Positions 27,528-40,694 are shown, numbered from the stretch's first letter. The stretch: DNA of 64,000 nucleotides from Octopus vulgaris (GCA_951406725.2 OX597828.1:54498001-54562000), one strand, 5' to 3'. Notes: generated by a model not told the origin, from the sequence alone. A program made the numbers and translations.

Positions 27528-29574
27528 GGATAGACTACAGGAAAGCGTATGGATAGATAGACTACAGGAAAGCGTATGACAGTGTCCCACATAAATGGAT
27601 ACTCAAGGCCCTTGAGATATACAAGATCTCTCCTGTCGTCTCAAAATTCTTAGAGAATAGCATGACCATGTGGAACACACGTCTCCTTCTAAGCCATAGT
27701 AATGGGATGAGCCAGTCCAACAGCATCAACATCAAACGAGGCATCTTTCAAGGTGACTCCCTCTCACCATTACTTTTTTGCATGGCACTGATCCCACTCT
27801 CAAACGAATTGGATAGTACCAGATATGGGTACAAAGTTTTTAGTAAGTTAATAAACCACCTTTTCTATATGGACGACCTAAAGCTATTTGCCAGGAATGA
27901 CCAAGAGCTAGAAGGGCTGCTAACAACTGTTAAAGAGTTTAGCAATGATATCGGAATGGATTTTGGCCTTGATAAGTGTGCTAAAGCAACTTTTGTAAGA
28001 GGCAAGCTCAGGCAAACAGCTTCTGTTAAATTAGATATTGACACTACCATCAAGGAACTTGACCCACAAGAAAGTTACAAATACCTAGGAATCAACGAAG
28101 GAGATGGTATACATCATGCTACTATGAAGGAAAAAATAAGAAAGGAATACTATAGGAGAATAAGGCTTGTACTGAAGACTGAACTCAACTCCAAAAATTG
28201 CATTGAGGCCATTAACACCCTGGCACTTCCAGTAGTCCAGTACAGTTTTAACATCATTAACTGGAACCTTACGGAACTCCAACGCTTGGACAGGAAGACA
28301 AGAAAGTTACTGACATCCAAGAGCATGCACCACCCTAAGGCAGATGTAGACCGCTTGTACCTACCTAGAAGCAGCGGGGGGAGAGGAATGATGCAATTAG
28401 AGCTGTGCTATAAGACCTCTACTGTAGGAATGAACAGGTACCTATCTAGTACAAAGGACTGGATGCTGCGACTTGTGTGCGAACACGAAAGCAGCAAAAA
28501 GCTGCATTCTATTGTCAAGGAAGCTTATAAGTTCGAAAGGGAACTAGACATTAACCTTGAATCAGATGAAGAGCCGGAAACCACTGCTACCAAGCAAGCA
28601 AAGCGAATCAAGCAGACTGCAAAAAAGAACGGGCAGAATCAAATTGAGAGGCGGTGGAGCCAGAAGCCCCTGCATGGACAATATACTCTCCGAAGCCAAA
28701 ATGCTGATGTAGATCAAGCAACAACCCATCAGTGGCTGAAGAGCTCTGGATTGAAAGCAGAGACTGAAGGCTTCATAATGGCAGCACAAGATCAAAGCTT
28801 GTTTACCAGAAATTACCAGGCTAACGTTCTCCGAAACGGTACTAACCCTAAATGCAGATTCTGTGACACATTTGACGAAACAATAGACCATTTCGTTTCG
28901 GGATGTCCTGTGCTGACACCAAACGAATACAAAAATCGCCACGATAGGGTGGGACAGTATATACATTGGAAGATATGTAAACACTACAAATCCGACACTC
29001 CTGCTAACTGGTATGAACACCATCCTCAGCCAGTTGTTGAAGGTAAAGATGTCACCATCCTCTGGGATTTTCCAGTCAACACTGACAGAACGATCAAGGC
29101 TAATCGACCAGACATAATTGTTAAAGACAGGGAAGAAAATACCTGCAGACTAATAGAAGTAAGCGTCCCCACTGATAAAAATGTATCTGTCAAGGAATTT
29201 GACAAACTTAGTAAATATAAGGACCTGGAAATCGAAATACAGAGGATGTGGAATCTTAAAACAAAAACTGTTCCTGTTATTGTAGGTGCCCTAGGTATGA
29301 TAAAAAAAGGGATGTCAGAAACACCTAGATAATATCCCTGGAAAACCATGTCTCAAGGAAATCCAAAAGATTGTGCTAACAAGTACTGCCCACATCCTTA
29401 GAAAAACCCTATCAATGTAAATGTTTGTGTTTGCATTACATGGAGATATATCTCTACTTCCCCTCCCCAAGCTTTCAGCTATATTTCAACAACTCTTAAC
29501 CTTCACTTGCCCTAGGGCGCTGGGTGTGCTCCGGCAGGTGATTGCATCAAACATGCAGATTAAAAGTAAATGAC
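27526..29574 (+). mobile_element. 5'-truncated R4/Dong-clade non-LTR retrotransposon inserted in (AAT)n
   Basis: RT-CCHC-RLE ORF plus 3'UTR; (AAT)n on both flanks (27441-27525, 29575-29615). Confidence 0.92.
27557..29420 (+). CDS. reverse transcriptase + CCHC zinc knuckle + restriction-like endonuclease (N-truncated; frameshift near 29305)
   Basis: IDYRKAYDSVPH, QGDSLSP, YMDD, KYLG, RLYLPRSSGGRG, CRFC..H..SGC, RHD, RPD..IEV..K..KY. The true C-terminus IQKIVLTSTAHILRKTLSM* is in another frame ending at 29420. Confidence 0.92.
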
Positions 29575-29615
<41 letters not shown>

Positions 29616-29616
<1 letters not shown>

Positions 29617-29980
29617 CATTTCTACTGAAGAAACAAGGCCTTGAAAATTTGGGAGAAGGGACTAGTCGATTACATCGACCACAGTGTTTCACTGGTACAT
29701 AATTTATAGACCCCGAAAGTATGAAAAGTAAAAATCGACTTCGGCGGGATTCGAACTCAGAACATGAAGACGGATGAAATGCTTCTAAGGATTTTGTCCG
29801 GCATGCTAATGATTCTGCCAATTCGCTGCCTCACCACCACCAACAATAAGAATCCTTTCTACAATAGGCACAAGGTCTGAAATTTTGATGGAGGCGGAAT
29901 AGTCGATTATATCGACTCCAGTGTTTCACTGGTACTCATTTAGATCAACCTCGAAAGGATTAAAGGCAAAGTCGACCTAA
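29616..29980 (-). mobile_element. two adjacent SINE family B copies
   Basis: Two copies of the tagtcgatta..atcgac..cagtgtttcactggtac..gaaag..gtcgac segment. Confidence 0.8.
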
Positions 29981-30190
29981 TTTTAAAAATAAAAGGGCGT
30001 ATTGGATAAAGTAGGTGTTTGAAATAAATTGTTGTTGTTGTTTTTTACTGTTGTTAGCATTTTCTTCTGTACTAACGTCTCTAAATTGCTCGATTGTTTG
30101 TTATACATCTAAAAAAGTATATTCCTGAACAAAAAGTACTCGACCCACACTAACGCTGAAGTAGAGATTAAACCAAATCCTTCCCCACCT

Positions 30191-30252
<62 letters not shown>

Positions 30253-30551
30253 TTCTCTCACTCTCTGCCCCTTTGCGAACATTCAGAGAACTAGCAATAC
30301 AAAGAAAAGATAACGCATAACAAAATGTTAGCGCCGTACCCCATACTTCGCACAGAATTTGTGATTTGTGATTCCCTACCAAAATTTATTAAATTGACTA
30401 AAGTTAAACCTACCCAATGGAGGTAAGAACATAAGAGTTCCATCTAGAACATTCTGCAGAAGATTTATAAGAGGGAAACAAGACGGAGCAGTAAAGTTGG
30501 TATAGCGGAACATCAGAATGTCTTAATTTCCGGACAGGGAATACCCGAACA

Positions 30552-30774
30552 TACAATGGGGTGCTGAAAAGTTCCTGGGTCTGGTTAAAGGAAAATGCAG
30601 TGGGATCAGTTAATTATGATTTTATTCAACATGTTCCCCTCTCAGATTCACACACACTTATTGCAGCGGTCCTTCAATTTTTCTAAGCTCAGTAAAAGGA
30701 CTCGGAAGGTTAGACCTCCAACCAGGCCTTTCGCGACATCCTTAAAGCCAGGAAATTTTCAGCATCCCTTCGTA
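30552..30774. mobile_element. mariner-type MITE (TA-flanked)
   Basis: TIRs TAC..GGGGTGCTGAAAAGTTCCTGG / CCAGGAAATTTTCAGCATCCCTTCGTA; second copy at 60601-60810. Confidence 0.85.
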
Positions 30775-30786
30775 AAGAGAGAGAGG

Positions 30787-30838
<52 letters not shown>

Positions 30839-31221
30839 AAGAGACTAAAAACTTGTTATAAAGCGAAATAATCTTAACCGAAGAAAATCTACAACAGAGA
30901 CATATAAATCAAGGAAGCAGTTTGTATGCTGTTTACTGATGACCCACTTAGTAAACCAATGTTGAATATCGCCTTGATTAATCTTTTCCTGGATGTCAAG
31001 CTTCTTTCCTCTTAAAGAGAAGCGGTAGAAAACGGAGATATGTTTACACGTGAATGAGCGGAACATTAAAAAGCAATATTACCCCTGACGTCGGTAGAAC
31101 GGCGATAAGATCAAGCCAACAAGAACGTCTCTACGTTCGCTCCATCTGTTTGAAACAGCAGTCGATAGCTGCCACATACTGTTTTTCAAAATATACATAT
31201 TACCTTAAAAGGAAAGAAATA

Positions 31222-31654
31222 GGATCTTTTCGGTTTGTACGGCAGTTTTTTCTAACGGTGTCATATGAAATTGTCACCCATAATTATGACCCTAGTATCG
31301 ATCTATTGCATTTCAATCTATTTTAGGGTTAGGGTTAGTTAGGGTTAGGGTTAGGGGTGGGGGAAAGGTATCTTTTTTCTTCACAAATGTAAATAAACCC
31401 AATCTGTTTCTTAAACGAGGGACATATTCATACGGCACAGAATGTTTTTTTTACCTCAATAGACGTATTTGATTGGTTGAAATTGCAGAAATTGAAGAAA
31501 AAGAACTACAAATATCTTACAAACTATAGAATTTTCTCCATAAAGCCAAGAGAAAAAGATGTTTTATAAACACATTCTACCAGTATACGAAGTTTAAAAG
31601 TTTTTAGTTACCTGGAAATTATGTTAAAAACTGCCGTTCAAACAAAAAAGATCC
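31222..31654. mobile_element. MITE with ~28-bp GG-initiated TIRs, 8-bp TSD and internal TTAGGG repeats (Merlin-like)
   Basis: GGATCTTTTCGGTTTG..GGCAGTTTT / AAAACTGCCGTTCAAAC..AAAAGATCC; TSD AAGAAATA. Confidence 0.9.
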
Positions 31655-32820
31655 AAGAAATATTATATGGAGCAGAACTTCCATAATAAAAAAAGAATAT
31701 CAACAAACTGACGTGTCAGAGATGTGAACTCGCATCCACGAATTTGATTTACATCCGTCCAATAAATCCTTGGATATCCCTACTTACTACCAGCACTCAC
31801 GGCAACAACAGAAGCAGCAGCGGCGCTAACTCGGCCACTTCTGACAACCAATCATCGTTCAGCTCCAGATTATGTTAACAGACATATTTAGTCGTTAATA
31901 GAGTCGTAGCAGAAGTAGTAGCAGCAGCAGCAGCAGCAGCAGCATTGCTGCGACCGACTAAACGGTGGCATCAATTAAAGTTCTATCTTGAAACAACTTC
32001 AGACTCACTTTTATGGTCTCACAACTTCGTGGTTCCTTGCCATATCCAATGACATTTCACCATCTTCCGTATATTCTTGATGTCGAATGTGGAAGCCTTT
32101 TATATGAAACATTAATATTCCTGCCAATCAGTCTTGTCAAAGACATTACTTTATCGACAAGTAGATAAGATAGATTTCTCCTTTCTCTGAGTATAATACA
32201 ATAAAGCCATCTTTAGAATATATTTAGTAAAACATGTTCAGTTGAGTATATATTTTCTACAGAGAAATATAGTCGATATTTTCTACAGAGAAATACTATC
32301 GATAACGTTTCCAGCCATGACCAACAGGCTGGTCATGGATGGAAACGTTACCGATACTACGTATGTTAGGAAAGGGTGGCTCTCCAGCCTGACGAAGCTG
32401 GCCATCGACGAAAGTCCATCCAATATCTCTGTCTACCTAATCCTTATAAAAATCAAGTTTATTCTTAACTTATACATAATTGGCACATTTCTTTTCAATA
32501 TTTGAATGTCCTTATGTGGTTGGCATCCTTTTTGTCTCGGGAGACAATGGAGTTGCGCATAAAGTAGTCTAGTCCGGCTTTTACATTTCATGTCCTGATA
32601 CATTTCCTGCTGTGGCTGTGTAGTCCTATCCTGGACAAACACTCCCTCCTTATGTAGAATTATACATAAAACACCCACATTAGTGGCTGTGTGGTAAGAA
32701 GGCATTAGAGCGTGGCATACCGTACTATATTGTTCCAACTCCCATGCAGCAAATTCAATTGATAACTGCTTCACTTTTCTTTCTTCTAGGATCGATAATC
32801 GAAGTACCAGTTATGTACTG

Positions 32821-33235
32821 GGATCTTTTCGGTTTGAACGGCAGTTTTTCTAGCGGTGTCATATGAAATTGTCACCCATAATTATGACCCTAGTATCGAT
32901 TGCATTTCAAACTGTTTTAGGGTTAGGGTTAGGGTTAGGGGTGGGGGAAGGGTATGTTTTTTTCTTCACAAATGTAAATAAACCCAATCTGTTTCTTAAA
33001 CGAGGGACATATTCATACGGCACAGAATGTTTTTACCTCTATAGACGCCATTGTTTGGTTGAAATTGCAGAAATTGAAGAAAAAAACAACAAATATCTTA
33101 CAAACTATAGAATTTTCTCAATAAAACCAAAAGAAAAGATGTTTTATAAACACATTCTACCAGTATACGAAATTTAAAAGTGTTTAGTTACGTGGGAATT
33201 ATTTTAAAAAACTGCCGTTCAAACCGAAAAGATCC
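32821..33235. mobile_element. second copy of the TTAGGG-containing MITE
   Basis: Perfect TIRs; TSD ATGTACTG (32813-32820 / 33236-33243); inserted in a degraded family B SINE. Confidence 0.92.
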
Positions 33236-33399
33236 ATGTACTGAGGTCAATTGTTTCCCCCACACTCATCTCTCTCTCTCTCTCTCTCTCTCCCCGCTTT
33301 CTCTGTCGGAGTCAACCTTTTTTATGCAGTAAGCGGGGTCGTGCGGGACCTTTTACAGTTTTACAGCGTGAAGGGCTATCAAGCTGGTTACTTAAAAAC

Positions 33400-33960
33400 A
33401 CTGACATGCTTCTGGAACTGTCTAGTGCCAATTCGTCAAAGGGTTTGAGTCCATGCCTCGCAGCTCGAACTGAACTTTATTCACGAGACTTTCAAAACAT
33501 ACTTGTCCACCAATCAAACGTTTTCTTCCTCCTCACTGTAGGGAAAAACTGCGTGTAGGAAACTAGCTCATAATTCATTCTGGCAATGTAACTGGGCCAA
33601 TGTATTAGGGTTCTATATTGGAGAGTGTGAGTAATGGATAACACTCTGCGATTGAGGGCTTTACTATGTTGGGCTTTATCTTGCCAACGAATGAGCAACA
33701 ATTTGAGCCGCTAGTTCTGTTGCAATCTATTAAGTTTCTTGGTGATCTTGCTGTAAACAGTTCACATTTCTCAGAATAACAGCACTCTTTGTAGAACAAT
33801 AATTGTGCAAAGCTTTAATCTGGTTTGAAGAGTGAAACCCTTTCTCACCCTGGTGGGGTGGGGGGTCTTGCGAAATCTACCATCTGCAACATTGACCATT
33901 CTTCAGAGAATATTGTCAAAGTGCGTTAACTTTTTGAGCTTAAATAGAGTTTGCTGTTTG
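33400..33960 (-). pseudogene. degraded RTE-clade LINE ORF C-terminal region
   Basis: VYSKITKKLNRLQQN*RLKLLLIRWQDKAQHSKALNRRVLSITHTLQYRTLIHWPSYIARM resembles the RTE motif series ..LRKLLxIxWQDK..RWAGHVARM. Confidence 0.6.
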
Positions 33961-34027
33961 GCGATGCCAGTAGGCTCCCTCTATACACCCCACCACCACA
34001 CACAAACACACACACACAACATAGACT

Positions 34028-34113
<86 letters not shown>

Positions 34114-34569
34114 CATACATATATGCATATACATAAGTACACTCACTAGCATATACAGGCATACTGACATTGCATCTGACACATTGTATACATGCATTCA
34201 TTCACACTGACACACCCATACACAACACTAATGATTAAACGAAAGAGCGACGCAGATATACACGCACAGTCACACTTTGCCACTTATAATATAAACACAA
34301 ATAGATACAACAAAAGTATAAATACGAATATGAAATTTTAATGTCTAACGGTTATTAATTAATTTCATTAATTATTCATATATTCGTTGAACACTTTTCA
34401 TTTTCGCATTTTTTAAAATTAGACATTTATTGAGATTTGTGTGTGTGTGGTGTGTGTGTGTGGTGTGTGTGTGTGGTGTGTGGTGTGTGTGGTGTGTGTG
34501 TGTGTATGCTGTGTGTGTGGTATGTGTGGTGTGTGTGTGTGTATGCTGTGTGTGTGGTGTGTGTGGTGT

Positions 34570-34609
<40 letters not shown>

Positions 34610-34674
34610 TGTGTGGTGTGCGTGCCGGTGTGTGTACATACACATACACATACCATATGTATATGTATACATAC

Positions 34675-34712
<38 letters not shown>

Positions 34713-34812
34713 GTATATATATATACATATGTATATATATATAATATATATACATATATATATACATATATATATGTGTGTGTGTGTGTGTATGTATATA
34801 TGTATGTATATG

Positions 34813-35575
34813 TATTGGGTCATTCCATATATGTTGCGGTTTTTTCAATTGCATTAACTATAAGTTGGAAGGGTCGGGGTAAACTACCTGCATCAATTTG
34901 CTATCAAAGCAGGTAGTAATGTTACCTTGGTTTTATTCTTAGTGCAAGTTCTGAAGAGTGCAGTTTGATTTTAGCAGTTAGTTTTCTAAGTTAGGAGCAA
35001 ATTCGGGTTATTTTGCTTTATGAGTTCAATAAAGGCAACAACGCAACGGAAAGTGCGAGAGATATTAATGTAGTATATAGGGATTAGACAATAAGCGTAA
35101 GCCAATGCAAACAGTGGTTCCAGAAATCTCGAGCCTCGTACCCGAAGATCTGTAGAGCTCGACGAAAACGTCTTGCAAATCCTGGTGAAACAAAATCCCA
35201 TTGTAAGTTCTGAGGAATTAACAGAGAAGCTTGGATTTGGTCATTCAACCTGTTATCGGCACCCACGTAAGGTATTGTTATCTGTTTGGTGGGATATGAA
35301 AAGTTTAGTCCTCTTTGAACTTTATGACCCAAACCAAACGATAACAAAGGAGATCTGCTACGAGCAGCTCGAACAACCTTAAATCAGCGCTAGAAGGAAA
35401 ACAAACCATCTATGGTTTCAAGACGAAAGGTGTTCTTCCACCAGGATAATGCTCAGCCACATACAGCGAGGATGACATTCGAAAGACTGGAGCAGTTTGA
35501 ATGGGAAACGATGCCGCTCCCACCATATTCGCCCGACATTGCCCCATCTGATTATCATTTATTCTGCAGTCTTCA
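34813..35575 (+). pseudogene. internally deleted mariner element
   Basis: TATTGGGT end; ILLYEFNKGNNATESARDIN, LGFGHSTCYRH joined directly to PRKVLLSVWWD, FHQDNAQPH, PPYSPDIAPSDYHLF. Confidence 0.9.
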
Positions 35576-35744
35576 TATATACGCGCGCGCGACAATACAT
35601 TTATTTTATTTTATTTCAATTATTGTACGTCACCTCAAGGTACACCGTTATCAAGCACTTTGGGCTCAAAAACGTTTTAGCCATGATTACCTTCTCATTT
35701 TCTTTATTTAGACAACATATACTCAAGACTATATTGTCAATTCT

Positions 35745-36053
35745 GTGGAGGCGCAATGGCCCAGTGGTTAGGGCAGTGAACTCGGGGTCGTAGGATCGCG
35801 GTTTCGATTCCCAGACAGGGCGTTGTGAGTGTTTATTGAGCGAAAACACCAAAAGCTTCACGAGGCTCCGGCAGGGGGTGGTGGCTATCCCTGCTGTACT
35901 CTTTCGCCACGACTTTCTCTCACTCTTTCTTCTGTTGGCCTGCTCGCTTAGCCAGCGGAGTGCCGTCATTTGAAGGCTAAAACAATGCGAAGCGCATTGT
36001 GACCAGCGATGTGTTGCAACATCTGATAGCCTGATCGGTCACGTGACCACGTG
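35745..36053 (+). mobile_element. SINE family C, tail type 2
   Basis: Family C head; distinct tail ending GTCACGTGACCACGTG; 14-bp TSD ATATTGTCAATTCT (35731-35744 / 36054-36067). Confidence 0.9.
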
Positions 36054-36574
36054 ATATTGTCAATTCTACATTTCGTTGTTGTCATTGTCATTACTGATTC
36101 TTAATACGCCCTGGTAGATTCGAACGCAAAATATGCTAGACAATTCTGTGTTCGTAATAGGAGAACAACTTCTCCTTTTTATTATGACACTGTATTTATA
36201 ATGGACACGTCTCGTTGGCGCAAGGTATTTTGGGACATGAGGGTTTCGACATTTTGAGTCTTGTTAGTGAGAATTATCCGAGGTTGACTTAGCCTTTCAT
36301 CCTTCGAGGTCGATAAATTAAGTACCAGTTACGCACTGGGGTCGATGTAATCAACTGAATCCATTTGTCTGTCCTTGTTTGTCCCTTCTATGTTTAGCCC
36401 TTTGTGGGCAATAAAGAAATAAGAATTACCCGCAGTTTTTTTAGCCTAAACGAGTTAGGAATGAGGTTTGTTCGAATACCTTTCTTTCCATCCACCCTTT
36501 CTCCCTTTTATATCAAATGAAATAAAAGTTTACTAACACACGTGTGTATGTAGGTATATATACACATGCACACA

Positions 36575-36625
<51 letters not shown>

Positions 36626-36748
36626 TCATACGAAGTGACCCACCTCTTTTGTCAACACCTTTCAACAATTTTAACCAACTATAAGCTGCTTTATTTTATT
36701 TCATTTTGATTTTACTTTATTTTATTATATTCAACTTTATAACTAGTT

Positions 36749-36829
36749 TTCTTCTTCTTCTTCTTCTTCTTCTTCTTCTTCTTCTTCTTCTTCTTCTTCT
36801 TCTTCTTCTTCTTCTTCTTCTTCTTCTTC
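36749..36829. repeat. (TTC)n microsatellite
   Basis: Perfect trinucleotide run. Confidence 0.97.
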
Positions 36830-37493
36830 CCTGTATTTGTTTGAAGTTGGTCTTTTACTCTTTCAATTGGAATTTTTGAAATACTTTGTGCTGGAGGTGA
36901 AAGGAGAGGACAGATATTAGTCAGACTATTCCACGGTAGTAACCACCTGAAGGTTTCTACGAATATGTTCACTTGAAGCAACAGCCAAACGTCCCTCAGA
37001 TTACACTCTACTAAATAAAAGTCAGCGCCCCAGCTTGGTCGCAGTCTAATGACTGAAACAAATAAAAGATAAAAGTTAAAACCCTTCTTTATTAACCATT
37101 GCGGTTAAGGATACAGAGGGGATGATACAATGACAGACAAGGGGTCGGGGAACGAATGATACAACATAAAGATATACATAATTTAAAAAAATATATAAAT
37201 GAGCATATAATCGAATGAACAAAAATGGGATGAGGGACATGGCCGGCCCCACAAACCCCATTCCAACACTGAATACCTGGTAAATATAAATTATGTTCTC
37301 GCTCAAACAGGTTCGTTCACACTTAACAGACTTGCTACAGCCTTCCATCTTTTCCGAAACATTCCGTGTGATAGGCATCTCCTCTCCAGCCTTATCTTTT
37401 TTTTCATATGGATAATTTACTGGGTAATGTAATGTGGGAAAAGACAAACGGGATGGTCATTGCTGAAATGTCTTTCTTTGCATGAAGTTCTCT

Positions 37494-37729
37494 TTCTTAT
37501 TTCTTTACTACCCACAAGGGGCTAAACAGAGAGTGGACAAACAAGGACAGACAAACGGATTAAGTCGATTGTATCGACCCCAGTGCTTAACTGGTATTTC
37601 TTTAACCGACCCCGAAAGGATGAAAGGCAAAGTCGACCTCGGCGGAATTTGAACTCAGAACGTAACGGCAGACGAAATACCGCTAAGCATTTCGCCCGGC
37701 GTGCTAACGTTTCTGCCAGCCCGCCTTTA
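37494..37729 (-). mobile_element. SINE family B, full length
   Basis: 13-bp TSD CATGAAGTTCTCT (37481-37493 / 37730-37742). Confidence 0.92.
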
Positions 37730-38177
37730 CATGAAGTTCTCTGAAACTTAAAACAAGGCGGTGCTCCATCTTAAGGCGGTGCTCCAGCTTAAGGCGATGC
37801 TCCAGCATGGCTGTAGTCAAATGAGTGCAACAAGTCCATTAATGACTGAAATAATGGCCATTAATTGTGGCGGTTTAAATACTTTGCAGTATTTAAGATT
37901 AACCACAAGATCAGGAAGGTTTAGCTTGTGATAGATAAAATCGGAAATCTGAGAAGAAAGTTTGACAATGGTCTTCCTGAATCCTTTACTGAGTTGGTGA
38001 GTTTCTACAAGGATTCTTTGGTTTGATTGATTCTGGATATGTTCGATCTTATTCCCACCTCCTCAGTCAATCACACCCTTCTCTCTACTTGTTAAAGTAG
38101 CGATGAAAGAGTCAAGAATTAAGCAAAGATTGACAATTGTTGGCGCAACACCACGAAAGCGTGTCAATATTAAATAA

Positions 38178-40354
38178 CCCAATGTAACACGTTTTGTTTA
38201 TTTGTATTTTTTAATGTTCATATAAGCATTTTTTGCTACTAAATTTTAAAAATCACATTCGTTTTGACGTAATATCGATAGTTATTTATTTATTTCTAAT
38301 TTCATATTTGTTCGTTATATTTGTAACTTTTCTCTACAGCACTTTGTTGGTTCAATCTATTCTAGTATGGTAAGGATAATTACACAACATTTAGTACTTT
38401 TTCATGTATTGAAAGGTATTTAGGAAGTATAATATTAGTTAGAACAAAAAGAAACAATAAAAATCCGCACTGTAAATGCCTTGACAACTCTTTTCTTAAG
38501 GTGAGAAGTGCTTTGACGATCGAGATTTTCTGGAGTGTATACCTTCATCTCTTCTGACTAGAGACCATATATATAATCTCCCACCATAGCAGTATCCCAT
38601 CATCCTTGGTATCTTCTTTCCATAGTTGCGATGTTCTGATGAAATCTCTCACCATGATCCTCACTGACATTTCGAGGAAAAAATCTAGGTGAGAGTGAAA
38701 AAAATGAATCTTTAAGGATATACAACAACCCATTTTCTTGAAGTTTTCAATAAGCTTTGCTACCAGCTGTTTGTAATTATAATCCTTGCGATTTCCTAGG
38801 AATACACGAATTACATCACGAAATGCCTACCAAGCTTCTTTTTCAACTTTTGTCATCGTCCTTTCCAGTTTTTTCGACTTTAACATTGCATTTACTTGGG
38901 ACCCAACAAATATGCCACCCTTGATCTTAGCCTCAGATAGCTTTGGAAACATAAGACAAATTTCTTGAAAAGCTTCTCCTCTAAAATCTAAGGCCTTCAC
39001 AAACTATTTTACCAATCCGAGTTTGATATGAAGTGGGGGTAATATGATTTTGTTGGAATCTCTTAGAGGCTGTTTGAGAACATTTAACATTCTTGGCTGC
39101 AGTTCCACTTGTGGGGACCAATGTACTCTGTTGTAATGATCGTCATCAGCTCTGCTGTCCCATAAGCAAAGGAAACGTGAATACTTTGTGTATCCCCCTT
39201 GCAAGCCAAGCAAGAAGGTAAGCATCTTGAAATCACCACAAACATCCCATTTGAACTCGGCGTAATTTATTTTGTCGAGAAATTCTTTGACATTATCGTA
39301 ATTTTCTTTCTTCTGTATAGAGTGTGCAAGAGGCAAAGAAGGATATTTATTTCCATTTTGGAGCAACACTGCTTTGAGACTTCGTGTTGAGCTATCTATA
39401 AACAGTCGCCATTCTGCAGAATCATGCTTGAGTCCAATAGCAGTAAACAAACCAATCACATCTTTACAATAACACAGGTCATTAATATTTTCATAGTAAA
39501 TTTCAAATACTTCATGGCGTTTCTGGTACACAGATGTCTTGCAGTCTTCCCCCAGTAGATTCCATTCCTTCAGCCTTGACCAGATCCAGATCCCTGATTA
39601 AATCATTGCTTTGATTTGGAAAGTGAGGCTCCGAAGTCGTTCGTGGTACGAAAGGTTCCTCTATTTCTTGGCTGCTGCTACTTGTTGACTCTTCAGATGA
39701 AATATTTTCTGGTGGTAGTGGTACTCGTAAACTGTCAGGTGCTCTAGATGATGGTATGTCTGGATACTGAAGAGCTTGTCTTCCTTTCACTTTTCTGTAC
39801 TTTGACACATCGATCATACAAAAGTAACAGTAATCGTGATGGTTTTTGGCTTTCTCCATACTCTTGGAATGGCAAAAGGCATTGACCTTCCTGTACCTCT
39901 TAACCATCCTTCTAGGGTAGATCGACAGCTTCCACATATCACATGTGGGGCCCATGGTTTATCCTGGTCATCCATGGGCATTCCGAAATAGAGTCTGTAC
40001 GTTGTCCACAATTTGGCACCTTTCACGATCTTATGTAATACCTGCTTTTTTCCAATATAATAACCACACACATAGCAAAATGTATCTGGAGAATTTTTAC
40101 ATACTCTCGTAGCCATCCTGAAAGTAGCAGAACTTAGTAATTGGTCTGAAAGAGAAAATTAGACATACATTTAGTAGCGGAACATTATAACAATACCGAA
40201 TATATAATAACATTGAAAGTCGACATATTTTTTTAACTGTTGATGATACACAAAAAATTATTTCATTTTTGGAATCAGCAGAAAAAATGGATTGATAAAC
40301 AATAAAAAAAAATACAATAAACAATTTTTTTTTTTTGAAAATTTTTACGTTGTG
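38178..40354 (-). mobile_element. Chapaev3-like (CMC) DNA transposon, full length, defective
   Basis: Imperfect TIRs (CACAACGTAA.. / CCCAATGTAA..), TAA on both flanks (38175-38177 / 40355-40357), transposase remnant inside. Confidence 0.8.
38480..40116 (-). pseudogene. Chapaev-type transposase with frameshifts and stops
   Basis: CKNSPDTFCYVCG, YFG..DQDKPWAPHVIC, EWRLFIDSS.RSLKAVLL, GDFK..FLLGLQGGYTKY..FLCLWDSRA, LPPLHIKLGL, KIHFFHSHLDFF, EDHGERFHQ. Confidence 0.88.
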
Positions 40355-40694
40355 TAATTCAAAGATGTCAATGGTTAATATGTTTTATGTAGAGAACACT
40401 GGCGAGAAATAAATAGGTGGCAAAACGTTATATTAGTCGATAGTTAATACTATTCTTACGGGCAAAATACTATTCTTACAGCAGCATTTCGACCGTCTCA
40501 AAAGAGGCAGTGAGCCGGCAAAATCGTTTGCATACCGGACAAAAAGCTTAGGGGCATTTACTCCGTCTTTATGTTCTGTGTTCAAATTCCAGCGTGGTTG
40601 ACTTTTCTTTCATCCTTTTCGGGGTTGATAAAATAAGTACCAGTTACGTACTGGGTCGATATAATCGACTAGTCTTTCTCGCAAAATTTCAGGC

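Noticed and set aside
31323-31363. Telomere or chromosome-fusion remnant
   Set aside because: The TTAGGG units lie inside a TIR/TSD-bounded MITE present twice.
31780-31960. Ser/Asn/Gln-rich reading frame near a (CAG)n tract
   Set aside because: Short and low-complexity, with no clear splice signals or homology.
32385-32420. CTGACGA...GAAA hammerhead-like spacing
   Set aside because: Stem II and stem I do not pair convincingly.
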